Shown here: one piece after another, positions 24,402 through 39,400 of the stretch | Layout: each line of letters begins with the position of its first letter | Position numbering within the stretch: the stretch's first letter is position 1 | NCBI RefSeq assembly: GCF_964194025.1 | Contig: NC_134471.1 | Span: 26,350,001-26,414,000 of the forward strand | Source: Convolutriloba macropyga | Taxonomy: Eukaryota | Reading direction: 5' to 3' | Length of the DNA stretch: 64,000 bases | Notes under the pieces: model-generated | Seen by the model: the letters and a program-made list of their open reading frames with translations, nothing else | Told to the model about the DNA's origin: nothing | Database searches by the model: none | Translations under genes and position numbers: made by a program

Positions 24402-27400
24402 GTAAGAAAAAAGACAGATTTTTTTTTGGTGGTAGGGTATCCGCAATTGATCTTTTGATACACTGATAATAGGACACTTTCATTTTCAAAACGGGCCGAC
24501 CTCATAGTTGAACAATTTTAAAATTTCCCATTTTGGCACCTATGAATCAGACTTTTTAAGCTCTCAGAAAAAAATCAACACCTGCAAATTTGATGCTAAA
24601 ACGTCAACACTGTCAACACCTGCTAAGGCTCTTTCTAATTTAGTTTGAAAACCATTATCAGCACTACCCATTAGTTTGCTTGAAACTGTTTCCGTTCTCA
24701 GTAATATCTTGGTTTGATTACAATTGAGATCAAACGAGTTACCTTCTTGCACTCATGATGGTTTGCATTGACCAAAAGATAATGGTACAAGTCATTATAA
24801 TCGACGATTCTTGGCAGTTTGTGCCGCTTCATTTAATGCAATTAATGATAACATGTTCTTTGCGAACTATGCGCGCGCGTACTATTTCAAATAGTTTTTA
24901 TATTTTACATAAAACAATTTAAGAGCAGTCCGGATAAATAAACGGAAAAAAAGAGCAAACCGTGTGTTAGTAAATGTGACAACAATTTATTCAAAAATTA
25001 GGGAATTTATATGCGAGGCTGGCTTTTTTCTTCAGTCAAATTTTCACTTTTTGTTGACGCATCGAGAAGAACGAAAAACACCATTTTTCGTCCTGGGGAT
25101 CTAGTTTTAACATATAAAAAAATAATCAGAAATTCGAAAAAATTTGAAAATTTGAGGGAAAAATTGAAAAGGAAAAAACATTGCTCGGGGGATGCGGTTA
25201 GGGGTGACGGTGACAGATCTCGAGAAAAAAAAGAACAAGAAAAAAGAAACGGAGATTTTTGTAGTAAACTTAGTTGCTTTAAGGTGAGTTTAAATTGACA
25301 CGAGTAAAACTTTACAGTTCCAAGCCCAAAAATAACAATTTGACCCAAACAATTTTGACAATTTGACAAAAAGTTGTCAAAATTTGACAAAAATTGACAA
25401 ATTTTCAACAATTTGACATAAAATTTCGAAAAAATCAATTATTTTGTTTTTTGTTTCATCACTATTTTGAGTAAAAATGTATTTTCAGTCTCTCCGTTTC
25501 CTTTTGATTTTAAACTACTGTAACAACCAATGTTTCGCTGTAGGAACCAAAGTATCGAACGGATTTTTCGGAAAACAGAAGACTTCAGGCAAATTGAAGC
25601 TCACAAACTAGCCAAAAGTTCGACTTTGAAATATTAAACCAGAAGCAGAAAACGACATTCTTTTCTAAAATTTAGAGTTTATACAAACGATTCGCCCAAC
25701 TTTTTCAAAAGTAATCATTTCCCTATGTTCAAAACCGAGGTGACGTAAAAAAAAAACAGTTTCTTCAAATGAACATCTACTCAACCAAATTATTTATCGA
25801 GAAGTTAGGACGGATTTCCTTTCGAACCATTTTTATCCGTATTCCTTATGTTCTCAGAGCAGATTCTTTTGACTAACTTCCTCTAGTATATTTAAATACA
25901 GAAGGTGTTGGAAGTAGAGAGTTTATGGATCGACAGTTTGGAAAACCCAATACAAATATCCATAATTGTTCTAAAAATTAAAAAAGTTCGTTTCTCTGTA
26001 TTTCTAAATTAATCATGGAATTGACCTCTTCTAGACGGTGGGAATTACTGTGCGCTGCACAATTTAACAACTTGTTGATTGTGAAAATTCTCATATAAAA
26101 ACGTAGTGTTTGATACAAAAAAATTCTCTTCCTCAATTCACACGACATTAAAATCTACTTTTTCTGTGAAAAACTCCAAAGAACGGCTCAGTCGCAACGT
26201 TAAATTTACTAATCACCACTGTCCTTTGATGCTACGATTTAAGAGTTGTTAAGGACAGCGTTTAACGTTCCCTTAGATGTTAGACACAAACAACGACAGA
26301 ACGCAAATATCGCCAGAAATTTTTAAGTTTAGAAAAAAATACTTGATAGTTGCTTTAAAGAGCGGTATTAAATTAGTTCGGTCCCAATTTCTGTTTTTTT
26401 GCTAATTTTTTAAAAATCTGACGGATTTTGAAAAAAAACGAATGGGCCCGTTACGTTCATGAAACGTGAAAAGTAACAGAAATTTTAGAAACAAATTTTG
26501 AAAAATGTTCATTTAAATTTTAATGTCAGTTTTGCAATTAACGAGTTCTGCCTGTACTCGTTGAAAATTTTTTGTCTTAAGACTTGCTTGTCTCCATTTG
26601 TTTGAGGTACCAATTAGCTCCCATACATTTGAAAATTGTTTCTAGTATATTATAGTTGAAAGTTTAGGTTTTTTGAAACTTTAGAAAAATCTGGTTAAAA
26701 AATCATAACTTTTGAATTTCGGCGTTTGTTAAATCTCATTTCTGACAATTTGCTACAGAGTCTCTAACGTAAACACAGCGCAACTAACATCTTTTTTCCC
26801 GAGAAATTTTTCTAGAAATTTCACTAGTTTTTGTAGATTAGCGGCGTTGTGGCTCCGTTGTTTTAAGTTTTCATAAATCTTTTGTGACCCGATTAAAGGG
26901 ATTTTTTTTGAAATTTGAATTTCTTGTGTTTCATATTTATTGCTTTTTGGCATACTGCAACAATAACGGCTATTTTCAAAACACATGACGGTTGCTTTAA
27001 TTTTGAAATAGCCAGATGAGAACCGTTAATGATATATAACGGTTTTTTAACGAATTTGAGGCCATTTTCTCCCAAATTTAAAATGAATTATTGATTTTTA
27101 GATTTATCTCTCTATAGCTCACGGTTTTTAACGAATTTGAGTTCATTTTCTCCCATATTTAAAATGAATTATTGATTTTTAGATTTATCTCTGTCTATTG
27201 TAGTCATAGGAGAAATTCTGGATAAATCGAGATTTCAATGTATCTCTGTATGGACGTATAAAAAAACCTATCCCGTTTTTTCGGTTGTGAGCTAATTGGT
27301 TTTTTTGAAATTGTTGAACTTCAAACGTTGAAAATGGTTTCAAAAATATAAATGTATTTTCAAAATTCGATCTTCCGTTCTTTTTCTGTCTAAATGTTAC

Positions 27401-30400
27401 CTAGTCTCAGTCAGGCACAGTCCCAGATGTTTTCTGGACACAGTCAAGCTTTTTTGCCAATTTAATGTTAATTGATGTTTTAATTGATACTATTTAGGCT
27501 TTTGTCTGGTTTTATATGTTGCCTTTTGACTTTTTTTCATGTTGCATTTTGTCTCCTAATTGCAAGTACCATTGATTTCCAAGGTGGCATTATTTATTTC
27601 ATGCTAACGAATCCTCTCAAGGGCTGTGACGGAGCTACATGAGACTATATAGTATTTGTAGTTAACAGCTGATGGTTGATTTCTGCACATCTGCTTTGAG
27701 GTGAACTCAAAGTTGTTTTTTTTTAATTTAGGTTTTAACTGATTGTATTTTGAGGTTGCTAGTAATTTTTTGAAATATAAGAAACAGATTTTGAGTTAGA
27801 GGGGAATTGTTGTTTTTTGTTTTTGTTGCTTATCTTGTCTCGTAGTTTCATTCATTAGCAGCTATCATCGGCTCTCCAATGTTGCAGTAATTAATTCAGT
27901 ACTAGGTTTGCACTTAAGACAAATTAGTCTTTAACAAATTGTTTTTCGAGCGTATGTGTCTTTTTGAAAGTTTTCTTTCTTTACGTCATTTCGTAGACAA
28001 GTAAGTCAAAAATATGAGCGGGGTCGGAACATTATATGCGAACGCACATTATCGAGCATCCTTGTTTCCTATCTGAAACGAAGTGGTTTTTTTCCGGTGG
28101 AAATTAAGTTATTTTTCCGAAACCGAGCGAGCTTATAGCTCATATTATATGCCCACAGTACGTAGATATTTGATACTAATGCTGATAACATTTGAGGCAA
28201 CTCTATCTGAACTGTTTTTCATAGGATGAAGATTTGGCTCGTCAGCTGGTGGAGTTGGGCTATCGCGGCAGTGGAGAAGTGCTCAAGAGATCAGAGTTCG
28301 AAAAGAGGAAGGAACTGGCAGAAGCAAGCAAACTATCCAAGACCAACCAGGAAATGTTAGCACACAATTTTCACAAATTTATTAAAATTCACTATAAGCA
28401 ATCAAAACTATTCGTCTCCCACAGATATTTCAGATATGAAGTTCTGATAACATTTTTCCTCTATTTTTTTGGTCTGCAATAAGTTATTTCGTTAGTTAAA
28501 TTTTAAATCAAATATATTCCTTAATGTAGTTGCTCACAAAAGCAGTCTTTTACAAAAGTAAATACAATTTGTTGAAATCTGTTCTGGCAGTTCCCAGAGC
28601 AAAATCAAATTTCATCACTTCCTAATTAAAAATTTCAACAATAATTTTAATCTAAATTTTGTATTCATGCAAATTAAAATTGACGTAGAAAACGATGGAC
28701 TCACATGAGGGTTTTCATATAGCTCAAAGCTGCAACTACAAAATGGGGAAAATGGGGAGAAAGTGGACTTGGAAGACAGAAAATTTGTATAATTCTTTAT
28801 AAAACCTATAGGTTTATATGGAGTTGGGCTCTATACTTGAAAATCAAATTTTCCTCCAAAAAGGGACTCCAAAAAGAATTTTCCTCAGCATGAATATTAG
28901 CAAACATATTGCTGCAGTGTCATTTATAATAAAAAACCCGATTGTATGGGTTTGTTAGCTCTAAATGCAGACCCGATTGTGTGGCTCCAAATGCAGCTAT
29001 GTTGACGTTGTAATTAATTGAATCGTATTGCGAGTTCAACTTCTGAGTTGAACTTAATTAAAAACTAGTAAAATTATTCGATGTTCACTTTGCATGTCAT
29101 TAATGCATTTCATGTTTCATAGGACGTTGGCAAGTTATGGCAAATCAATCAAGAATCCTTTGTTGAAAGAATTGGCCAAGAGAGAAGAAGCCAATAGATC
29201 AGGAAAAATGACAGTGAGTCCATTTTTTAACTCTTTCATCAATCTGCAAAATTCCCATCCAGATGAGTGAAAAATGAAATTTATTTCCAACTTATTTCAA
29301 TCGATAACTTCCAAAGAATGAGTTGTCTGTTGTTGTCTTATAATCCAATTGCACGATATAAACAAGAGCGCGTATTGTTCATATTGCAATGATTATTTGA
29401 TTCCATGAGCTGCTCAAAATTTATGTGAAGTTTTTTTTAACTACTAGATGTCACGATATCCAGAGATATTATAAATATTGAAAATCATTTTCTGGAATCT
29501 TAATCCAGCGATAATGTAACAAATTGTTTGTTTCAGACAATAATTTTTATCCGAGACAGAAATGCCAAGGGTCAAGAAATATCTGGCTACATAGACTACG
29601 CATACAGGCTGAAAAGCGAGGATTTCGGACCATACTTCACGGGAAAGAAGCGACTCCTTCCCAGGGCATCTGATTTGAGTTTCTACAATTGGGAGACACA
29701 GAAGTCAACGAGTAATCACACGACTAACTTCGAAGTCATAACTGAGAACACGAGTGGCTTATTGTTCAAAAGCAAACGAGATCGAAAGATAATCAACGTC
29801 GACCCAAAGGTTAGTTAATTTTTTGTAAGCCTAATTTAACAGCAGAGTCGCATAGGGTGTGTCAGAGCCAACAGTTTCTGCACCTGGTGTTGAGATTACT
29901 TTAACTCGTGTCTCAAATACTGGCTTCAACTGTACACGTACTCAAAATCGGTTTTGTATACAATTGTCTCAACTCAAAACTTCTGGTGACTGGAAATTAA
30001 TTTAAAAAAGTTACGCAGTAGATGCGCATTTAGCCGCTGCTAGTTGAAGAATGTCGGATTTTATGTGTCTTTTTTGTTTCATATGAAGGCAATATTTCAA
30101 AATTTAAACTGACGCAACTTCGAAGAGATTTTGTTTCTCTGAAAATACTGTTATCAAACGCCAAAAGTTGATTTTCGGCGAAAATCTTAAAAACTTACCG
30201 TAAGAAAACAGGTGCTATTGTCTGCAGCATTAAACTTGACAGAAATTCAAATTAGACCAATTTTGTTCTCAATAGTTTCTTAATTTTTGTCCTATCAGAC
30301 ATACGCCGATGGATGTCTAAAATTCTTTTTTTTTTCTATTGACTGAGACTTTTAAACAAGCCAACCTCAATATAGCCCGATATATTAACCAACCGATTAA

Positions 30401-33400
30401 TTACAGGCATTGCAAAAGGCTTCAAAAGACATTCCATTTATTCTCGTTGATCCAGGTGCACTAAAAATCGCAGATCACTCTAGTTATACGATTACCATGA
30501 AGAGGATTTTTCGATATTATGAAACTTCGCTAATAGGGGTTACCGTACATGGTAAACAAAGCAAAGTGCAAATAATTTTTTTCCTTAGCATTTAAAGATA
30601 ACAAATCCGCGCTTACACTTGAGGTAGGTATTATAGAGAGAATGGCAAAGTAGTCTTTTGAATTGAGCTCTTCAATAGTGTTCAGATTGTTTACTTCTTG
30701 AAGCATCTGGCCTCAAAATAAGGATTTCGCCAAGATGTGAGAGCAGGGGAAAATTACGTGTCTCAAGTCGAGCAGGTGCCTTCTTTAATAAAGTTGTTTG
30801 AAATTTTAAATGAACAATTAAAATTGAGAAAACATATTAAGAAGAACGGAGAAGTTGTTTATTTCTCGAGCACTTCAAGAGATGCGAACTCCTGAAGTGT
30901 TAAAAATTTTAGAGCGATTTAGATCAGCTTATTTGTTCTAACTTCCGCCAATAATTGAGCATTGCCGAATTTACTATTACATTAAAGTTGGTTTTATTTT
31001 CTTACTATTTGACACTTAAAAGAGCTTATTTTCAAATCGCGAAAAATTATCAATTAGCCACTGAAATGGTAAACATCTTGAAAAAGTCTCCCACATAAAA
31101 CTTTTATCGCAGAGGTGTCTATTTTAATAATATTCTGCACATAAAAGATTTTGTTGATTTAAAGTGTCAACTTCTTGAAAAATTCTGCTTTATAGTTAAC
31201 GGTTTGTAAGAGTTCAATTGCGTTGAAGCTGTGAAAGATTCAAAAACCTTATTTGCTAATTGAAAATAGACTTCCTCATAAAAGCAACTGTGGTGGAGGA
31301 ATCCACAAAACGCAACCAAGTATACCAAGTATTAATATAAACACTCTTAAACTATATACATATTTATCTTATGGTATAATCTCCATCCGTAGAACAAACT
31401 CATTTGTTGTCGTACGTACTTCTCTACATGTTAACACTTCACCAATTGGTGACAACGCATTGTACATAGATTGATGATTGTGATTGACATTTCTGTTAAC
31501 TGTTAACCACACAGTATAACTGGTACTGTGTCTTGACCAACAAGTGCGAAAGCACTCCGTTGCAGTTCTGCCTTAACGCGTTCAGAGATTAGTTGTTGAA
31601 ATTCAAGATTAACTCTTGCTCTTTTCATTAATAAGCGAATCGTATACAACATGGCGCAGTCAACTATGGCTCGTTCTCCACTAGGAGTAAATTTCTTTTG
31701 GGACAAAGGTCACCAACCCGAAATAGAATGGGAAAAATGGCTAGCTACAGTAAAACTAGCAATCATGGTAAAAGAAAATATACAAGTTGACAAGCTACTA
31801 CAACCAAGACCCGAAAATGAAGATCTTGATTACCCAACAGAGCCACACTACGAACCAGCACTACCTGATGAAACAACCGCCAAAAGAAGGCAAAGGGAAC
31901 AAAGAAACGTCAAAAGACGTACCGATTGGCAAAACTCATGCAAAGACATAGAAGACAAGGGACCACAAGTAGATAACATACCATGGGAAGAAGCAGATAA
32001 CAAAACAAAAAGCCACATATACCTCTCACTAGGAACACAAGCAACAAACACTTTCCACCAAAGATTCCCTCACACAGACATTCAAAAATGCACCACGGAC
32101 GCACTAGTAGAACAACTCAGAGAATCATTCATACAAACAAGGAATGAAACATTTGACAGATATCAATTCTTCCGATGCCGACAAAAAGAAGGCGAATCAC
32201 TAGAAGTATTCCACTCACGAATCAAAAAACACGCATCAGTCTGCAACTGGGAACACATGGAGGAAAGCCTTGTCAAGAGCATCTTCATGCAAGGAATGAA
32301 CAACCAGCAAATCCAAATGGATTTATTATCAGAGGCACGAACACCATCAGAGACACTACAATATGCACTAGCACGAGAAAGAGGACAAGAAAGCCAACAG
32401 ATAATGAGAAACACTTATACAAATACACTACAAGCAAACCCATGGTTCGAAAAAATTCAGTACATAAAACGACAAAACAGGGTCCCAATTCTCCCAACCC
32501 CACAATCAGGACAAATCCAAGACTGCCGACGCTGTGGCAACAAATTCCTCCCTGGCCACTTAAACGTTTGCCCCGCAAAAAACGAAATCAGCAGAATATG
32601 CAAGAAAATAGGGCACTTTGCAAAACAGTGCAAGTCAGGGATGCCACCACGTCCACAATACAACCCACAACAACGCAGACAACAAAACTATCCCGGACAA
32701 CAAACATATTCGGGCTACCAACAACAACAAAAGAGTAACCAATTGGTTCAAAGAAAAACATCACAGAAAATGAGAAACATAAATGAAGAAGAACAGGAGG
32801 ATATACACAATTCAACTGAAGAAACAATCGACCCAGAATCAACTTGCTACATTCGGGAAATGATGGAAGACTGACAAAACACAACAAACTTCATCCATTC
32901 AGTTAAATTTACAAATGAAAAAGTCAGCGACATCAACAAGACTAGAAGAGGGGAATTTTGGCTGAAAACATACACCAACAAAAAACAAACCTATTGGTTA
33001 GCCGATACAGGAAGCCCCAGGAGTTCCATGAACATCCAGACGGCAAAAAACCTACTAGTAGATAACAAGACAAAGATCCACCATCCGGATAAATCCTTGG
33101 GCGAATTCAGATGTTTCAACAACAACAAAATAAATATACTCGGCACAATCCACGTGGACTCCACGTCAGGAACATCAACTGCAAAAAACTGCACAATCCT
33201 ATTGGTAGACACCAATACAATAAATATTATGGGAAGAGACATCATGAAGAAACTAGGCCTCCGACTCACAATGGGAACACAACAAAAAGAAGGTGAGAGA
33301 AATTTACTCAACATAACAAACACCCATTTAAGAATATCCCAATGGATATTCCAAAAGTACCCACACCTATGCACAAGACTAGGTAGATCACAAAATCATG

Positions 33401-36400
33401 TAGCAAAATCAACATTCAAAAGCGAAATCAACCCAACACAACACAAGGGTAGACGAATCCCACTACACCTAGTAGAAAAAGTAGAAAACGAACTTAAAAA
33501 ATTAATCGAAGACAAACAAATTAAAAAACTAACATCATGTTCAGACGAATATTTCATAAGCCCAGTAGTAATAACTGTCAAAGCAGATCACTCCATCAAA
33601 ATCGCATTAGACTCAAAAATACTCAACGACGCAATGGAATAGCGCAATAGCTATGAAAATTTCTGAACTCAAAACAACAGGGGGGACGCTATACTTTAGC
33701 AAAATAGATCTCAAATATGCTTATAGCCAACTCCCCCTACACCCCGAAACACAAAAACACTGCAATTTCAATATACTAGGCGGCAACGCTACGGGCACTT
33801 ACAGATTCCTAAATGGCTTCTACGGCCTGACAGACCTACCAGCAACATTCCAGAAAATGATGGATACGACACTAGATGGATTAGACTCAACAAATGCATT
33901 CCTTGATGACATAATAATAATAACAAAAGGAACAATAGAAAAACATGAAAACGAAATAGACAAAGCACTAAAAAGACTAGACCAAGAAAATCTTGCAATA
34001 AGCCTTCACAAATGCGAATTTGGCCTAACAGAGATTACCTGGCTAGGATACAAAATAAATTCGGAAGGCATTACCCCAACTAAACGAAAAACAGACGCAA
34101 TCATCCAACTGGAGAACCCAAAAACGCTGAAACAACTAAGATCATTTATGGGCAGCATACACCACTTGGTAAAATTCATACCAAACCTAGCAGCATTAAG
34201 CGCACCGCTAAGACCACTATTAACAAAACCAACAAATAAAACACCCAAAAAATTAGAATGGGAAGAAATACACACCAGTGCATTTAACAAAATAAAACAA
34301 GCAATTAAAACAATCGTCGAACAAAAACATTTCGACATTAACTGCCAAGCACGAGTAAAATGTGATGCCAGCAAAGAAGGCTTAGGCGCGTGCCTCGAAC
34401 AAAGACAAAACAACATATGGCAACCAATAGCATACGCCAGCAGATTCCTTAACAAAAATGAACAAAGATATAGCATAAACGAACTAGAACTACTGGCCGT
34501 AGTTTGGTCACTCGAACACTTTAAGTACTATCTATACGGATCACATTTCACTCTCCGAACGGACCACCAAGCTCTACTCTCCGCCCTAAAAAACAATAGA
34601 GGCAACAAAACATACCAAAGTAGATTAACTAGATGGGTAGACCGATTACTACCATTCCACTTTAAAGTCGAACACATCGCGGGGACAAACATGGGATTTG
34701 CGGACTATTTAAGCCGCCATCCAATAACACAACCAACCGGTGAAAACTTCGACGAAAATCATGTAATAAACACCATAGAAGCAATACATTATACACTACA
34801 GACAACGCAAAGAAAAATAACCAATCAGATCGCTAGAAAACAGAATGAACTAAATGACGTCACAAACCAGTCCAATCCAAGCAAACAGAAACAGAACGCT
34901 TTTCGCCATTTACACGCTATAAATCAGTTGCCTCCTAACACATTAAACAATTCAATTACTTCAAAATTAACTCAAAATTCTACAAATACAAATCGAATTA
35001 TCAGAAATTATTTATACAAATCTTCTATTCATCATATTACAAATCCTTTATCAACATCTTTATTTAGTAGATCTTACAACTCAATTAACCCTTTATTTAG
35101 CAACAAAATACACGTTACGACAAGTAACAACCCACAAGTAGAAACGTTCCAAGTCCCAAAAAACGATACCGAGCACCAAACACAACGAAAACACAAATGA
35201 TGACAAACCCACTGGAAACAAATACAATTGCCACACAGACAGACGAAACATCTAACATTGGGCAAGGACGCCAACCACTAGAAGAAAAAGAGGAATTCAA
35301 CCCAATCCCAGAACTAGACTACCAAAACACTCCCAACTACCTAACACAACTACATCGAGTATTCGGAGAAAATTTCATCGCCGAAGCTACACGAAACGAC
35401 CCACAGCAAAAATTTACTACAAATCATAGAAGATAAAAACTGGGACTCACTCAAACAATTCAGCAGATACTGGCACTCCCTAAAACGAGATCTGAGCACG
35501 ACACCAGCTGGCTGCATACTCTATGACGGGAAATGTATATACCTACACAACTACGTAAACTAATCATGAACTCCATTCACCGCAATCACCCAGGCCAATC
35601 AAGAATGATGCACTTAGCAAACATGATATGGTTCCCAAGAATCCATAGAGAGATAGTAACTCTCACCCAGAATTGCCAACCGTGCATCAAAATAGGTAAG
35701 AATTTAAAACCAATAATCCCAAAATCAAAATTAGCAAACCTACCACCACTACACGAACCAAACGAAGAAATCCAAATGGATTTTGCCGGCCCCATACTAG
35801 ACGAACAAAATAATGATTCGTATATATTAGCTTCGGTAGATAGATTCTCAAGATACCCACACGCAATAGTATACCACAACTGCGACACCGACACAGCAAT
35901 AAAATATTTAGAAAAATACAAAATTTCACGGAATACCTAGAAATATAAGATGCGACCAAGCCCAAGCATTCAAATCCAGGCAATTCGAAATTTTCTTTAA
36001 CAATCACAATATTAAACTAATACTAGCTCCAGCTGGAGACCACAGAGCTAACGGAATGATAGAACGTCTAATACAAACAATAAAACGCCGTCTCTCAGTC
36101 CTAAATAACGACCCCAAATGGTCAAAAATCACACTTGCAGATAAAATCACAGAAATAATCCAAGAAATAAAACCCATACCTAACACAACTACAAAAATCG
36201 CACCATTCACAGCTCACTTCGGCAGAAAACCTAACACACCAATATCAAACATTACATCCAGGACATCACCAAAAAACCTATCATACAATGAAATAACAAA
36301 ATTACATTTAGATAAACGAAGAGGACTAAAACAACCGATGCTGAAAGCCGACACAATCGGGAATCTCGAGTCAGATTCTGAACCTCAACTGGACATACAA

Positions 36401-39400
36401 TTCCAACCAACAATCGAGGGAGATGACTCCTCGGACCAATCTACGCTGCAGAACATTAAGAAAAAAGCCATCAAACGTAAGAATACTTCTCCAATTAAGA
36501 TAACACCTGACAAACTAATGATAACATTTGGTGATAAAACAACATCAATAACTAACAAACGAAAACAAATAGCACGAAAAACAATAGCACGCAAAGACCC
36601 TGAACCACGCGGCACACTAAAACCACTTTGGAACATAATACCAGATGGTACTATTACTAATTACTCACCAACAACAATAACTCTAGACACAAACACCAGA
36701 AAGAACACAGTAATCAGAAAGAATGACTTGGCAATCATAAACGAAACAAAACCGAGACTAATGCACTTCGTAGCGTGTAAAACAGTACGAGAATATAATA
36801 GAAATCAGGAAAAAATAAAACAATTTTTGTTAACAGAAAAGAAACAATTCAAACAGTCCAAGCAGAAAGACCAACTGGACAGACCAGAAGAACCAACCAA
36901 CATAAACGAAGCCCACTTCTACTCGCAACCTGGACCATCCCACCAACTCGACATCCCCGGACCAAACAACCGAAACCCACCTCAACGAAAAAGAAAACAG
37001 CAGCCCACAAAAAGATCAACGAAACCCAAAAGCGATTTTGACAGAAAATCAAAAGAAGCGGCTATAGCCCAATCGAAACTAAACAAGGCAAAACAGCGCC
37101 AGCGCAAAATTTCCAACTCCCCAAGAATCCAAATGGATACTTCAAAGTTAGAACAAAACAAATCTATCGAAGTTATTAACCTAATCTCGGACTCCTCACA
37201 AGGCAGCCCGATAAAGATATTTACCTCAGATGACCCAACAGCCTTCATGTCAACACCAGCGAGGAAAAAGTCCCAAGAACAAGTAAACAAAAAGATAGAT
37301 AAAATCATCCACCGCATCACCCACTCACCAAAGAAACAACAGAACAACGACGAAAAAATAATCTCAATCACCCCAGCTAACCACACAAGACTAATCCAAG
37401 ACATCATATCCATTACTCCAGCACACCAGTCGACCCCTGTAGACCCAATAACTAAAACAATGACAACAACTCAGGATACCGCGAGGACCAGCACAAATGA
37501 TTACCAATTGGTAAAACCCAACGCACCCACCACCACCAATTGCGAGAACGAAAACAGTAACCAACTGGTACATACTATTTGGACAACCGATACCAACTCC
37601 GACACAACATCCCAAGACAATTAACCGAGACAAACACAAAACAAGGAAACAATCAAACACACAAAACATCACAACATCGAAGCACAACCAGACATACCGG
37701 AGGAAAGAGAAAAGGCCGACGAACCTATTGATTTAATACACATGGAGGAGGACAATGGCGAAAGCCTTACAACAAGCTCCATCTCATCCCTCAACACAGA
37801 GGATATCGCCGCCCTCGACAAACTCTTTGACTAGTCAGCCAAAGATTCGACGAAGGGGGAGTGTGGTGGAGGAATCCACAAAACGCAACCAAGTATACCA
37901 AGTATTAATATAAACACTCTTAAACTATATACGTATTTATCTTATGGTATAATCTCCATCCGGAGAACAAACTCATTTGTTGTCGTACGTACTTCTACAT
38001 GTTAACACTTCACCAATTGGTGACAACGCATTGTACATAGATTGATGATTGTGATTGACATTTCTGTTAACTGTTAACCACACAGTATAACTGGTACTGT
38101 GTCTTGACCAACAAGTGCGAAAGCACTCCGTTGCAGTTCTGCCTTAACGCGTTCAGAGATTAGTTGTTGAAATTCAAGATTAACTCTTGCTCTTTTCATT
38201 AATAAGCGAATCGTATACAACAGCAACAAAAAATCAATTGTTAACATCCGGGCAATGATAATAAAGGGTATATAGGTAATCTTTTGCATTTGTAGATTTA
38301 GGATTCATTTTCGTAAGTATTAATATAGGTTTTATTAATTTAGTTCGCTAAATTAACCTATGAGAATTTCTCAACAATTTGTATTGAAATAAACTTTTCC
38401 AATTTTGAAAAGAGAAATATGAAGGCCTTTGAAATTAAGTATGGTATGCTTAAACTTTTTAGTTTTGTTTTAGGTTTTTACCGCAAAACGTTTTTCTTGC
38501 TTTGAAGTTTTTAAAATAAGGGTATAAGACTTTTGATCAGGTTGTCCATTAAATATGCATCCAACTACCAAACAGAAAAAACTATTCATAGCTTCAAAAC
38601 ATGCAAGGAAGATGAAATCAAACAAAAAGATAAAATAATAAATGGTTTTTGTGCAGTTGTCAAAGAATCAAAATTGAGGTAAATTTTTATTGCTCTCGTA
38701 GTTTCCGTAATACCGATCTTGTTTAAGCTTATGATCAAAAATATTCCGAGAAAGACCAATAAAGTCACATTCTAACGTAAGTTAGCATTTAAAAAAGTAA
38801 ATAGATGGTAACGTCGCAGCCAGCTGTGTAAAAGCACAAAACTGATGTTGAGGTGTGCCAGAAAAATAATACTCACTGAACAGCTTAACTCATTATTTTT
38901 GAGCTCCAGGTTTGACCAAATGGTCAAACGGAAATTCAGGTCAGTTGACAAATTATAATTTCACGAACTGGTTCGTAAGAGCGTCAGCTATCGGATAATA
39001 TCTACTAGCAAAATTAAACCGCCACATTAAAAACCATAATTTCATTTTGCAAATATGCAAAATTGTTGATCCAAAAATCATAAACTGCCAGTTTCAAAAA
39101 TTAGTAGTCCTTAAAAATACCTTTTTAAAATCTAAATGGCAGCAATTGTTTGCCTTTCTCTGCTAGGAAAAACACATGAAGCTTGAACTTTTAAACCAAG
39201 ATTTAATTTCCATGCTGACAAAAAAACCAAAATTTGCACTATGGTATCAAGAAGCTGCTTTCAGCACAATTTGAGCTGTTTAAGCGTTATTCATTTGTAA
39301 TATGGCGAGGAAATAAGACGTGACATTTCGAAGTTTTAACAAGATTTTTGCTGTTCTGCGATTTAAAAAAATGTTGCGAAATGTGATGGTCAATGATTTC

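Larger units (their letters stand above)
31289..38222 (+). mobile_element. Full-length Ty3/Gypsy LTR retrotransposon (Mag-like), disabled, in CFAP299 intron 4
   Basis: LTRs 31289-31651 and 37862-38222 (TG..CA, near-identical); perfect 5-bp TSD GCAAC; PBS TGGCGCAGTC (tRNA-Ser-like); PPT GAAGGGGGAG; domain order gag-PR-RT-RH-IN. Confidence 0.97.

Noticed and set aside
24564-25438. ORFs in CFAP299 intron 1 (24564-24752, 25007-25438, 25011-25298)
   Set aside because: Low-complexity or repeat-derived; no domain recognised and not needed for the CFAP299 frame.
31848-37687. Many antisense and alternate-frame ORFs over the Gypsy element
   Set aside because: Expected shadows of the A/C-rich coding strand; no motifs.
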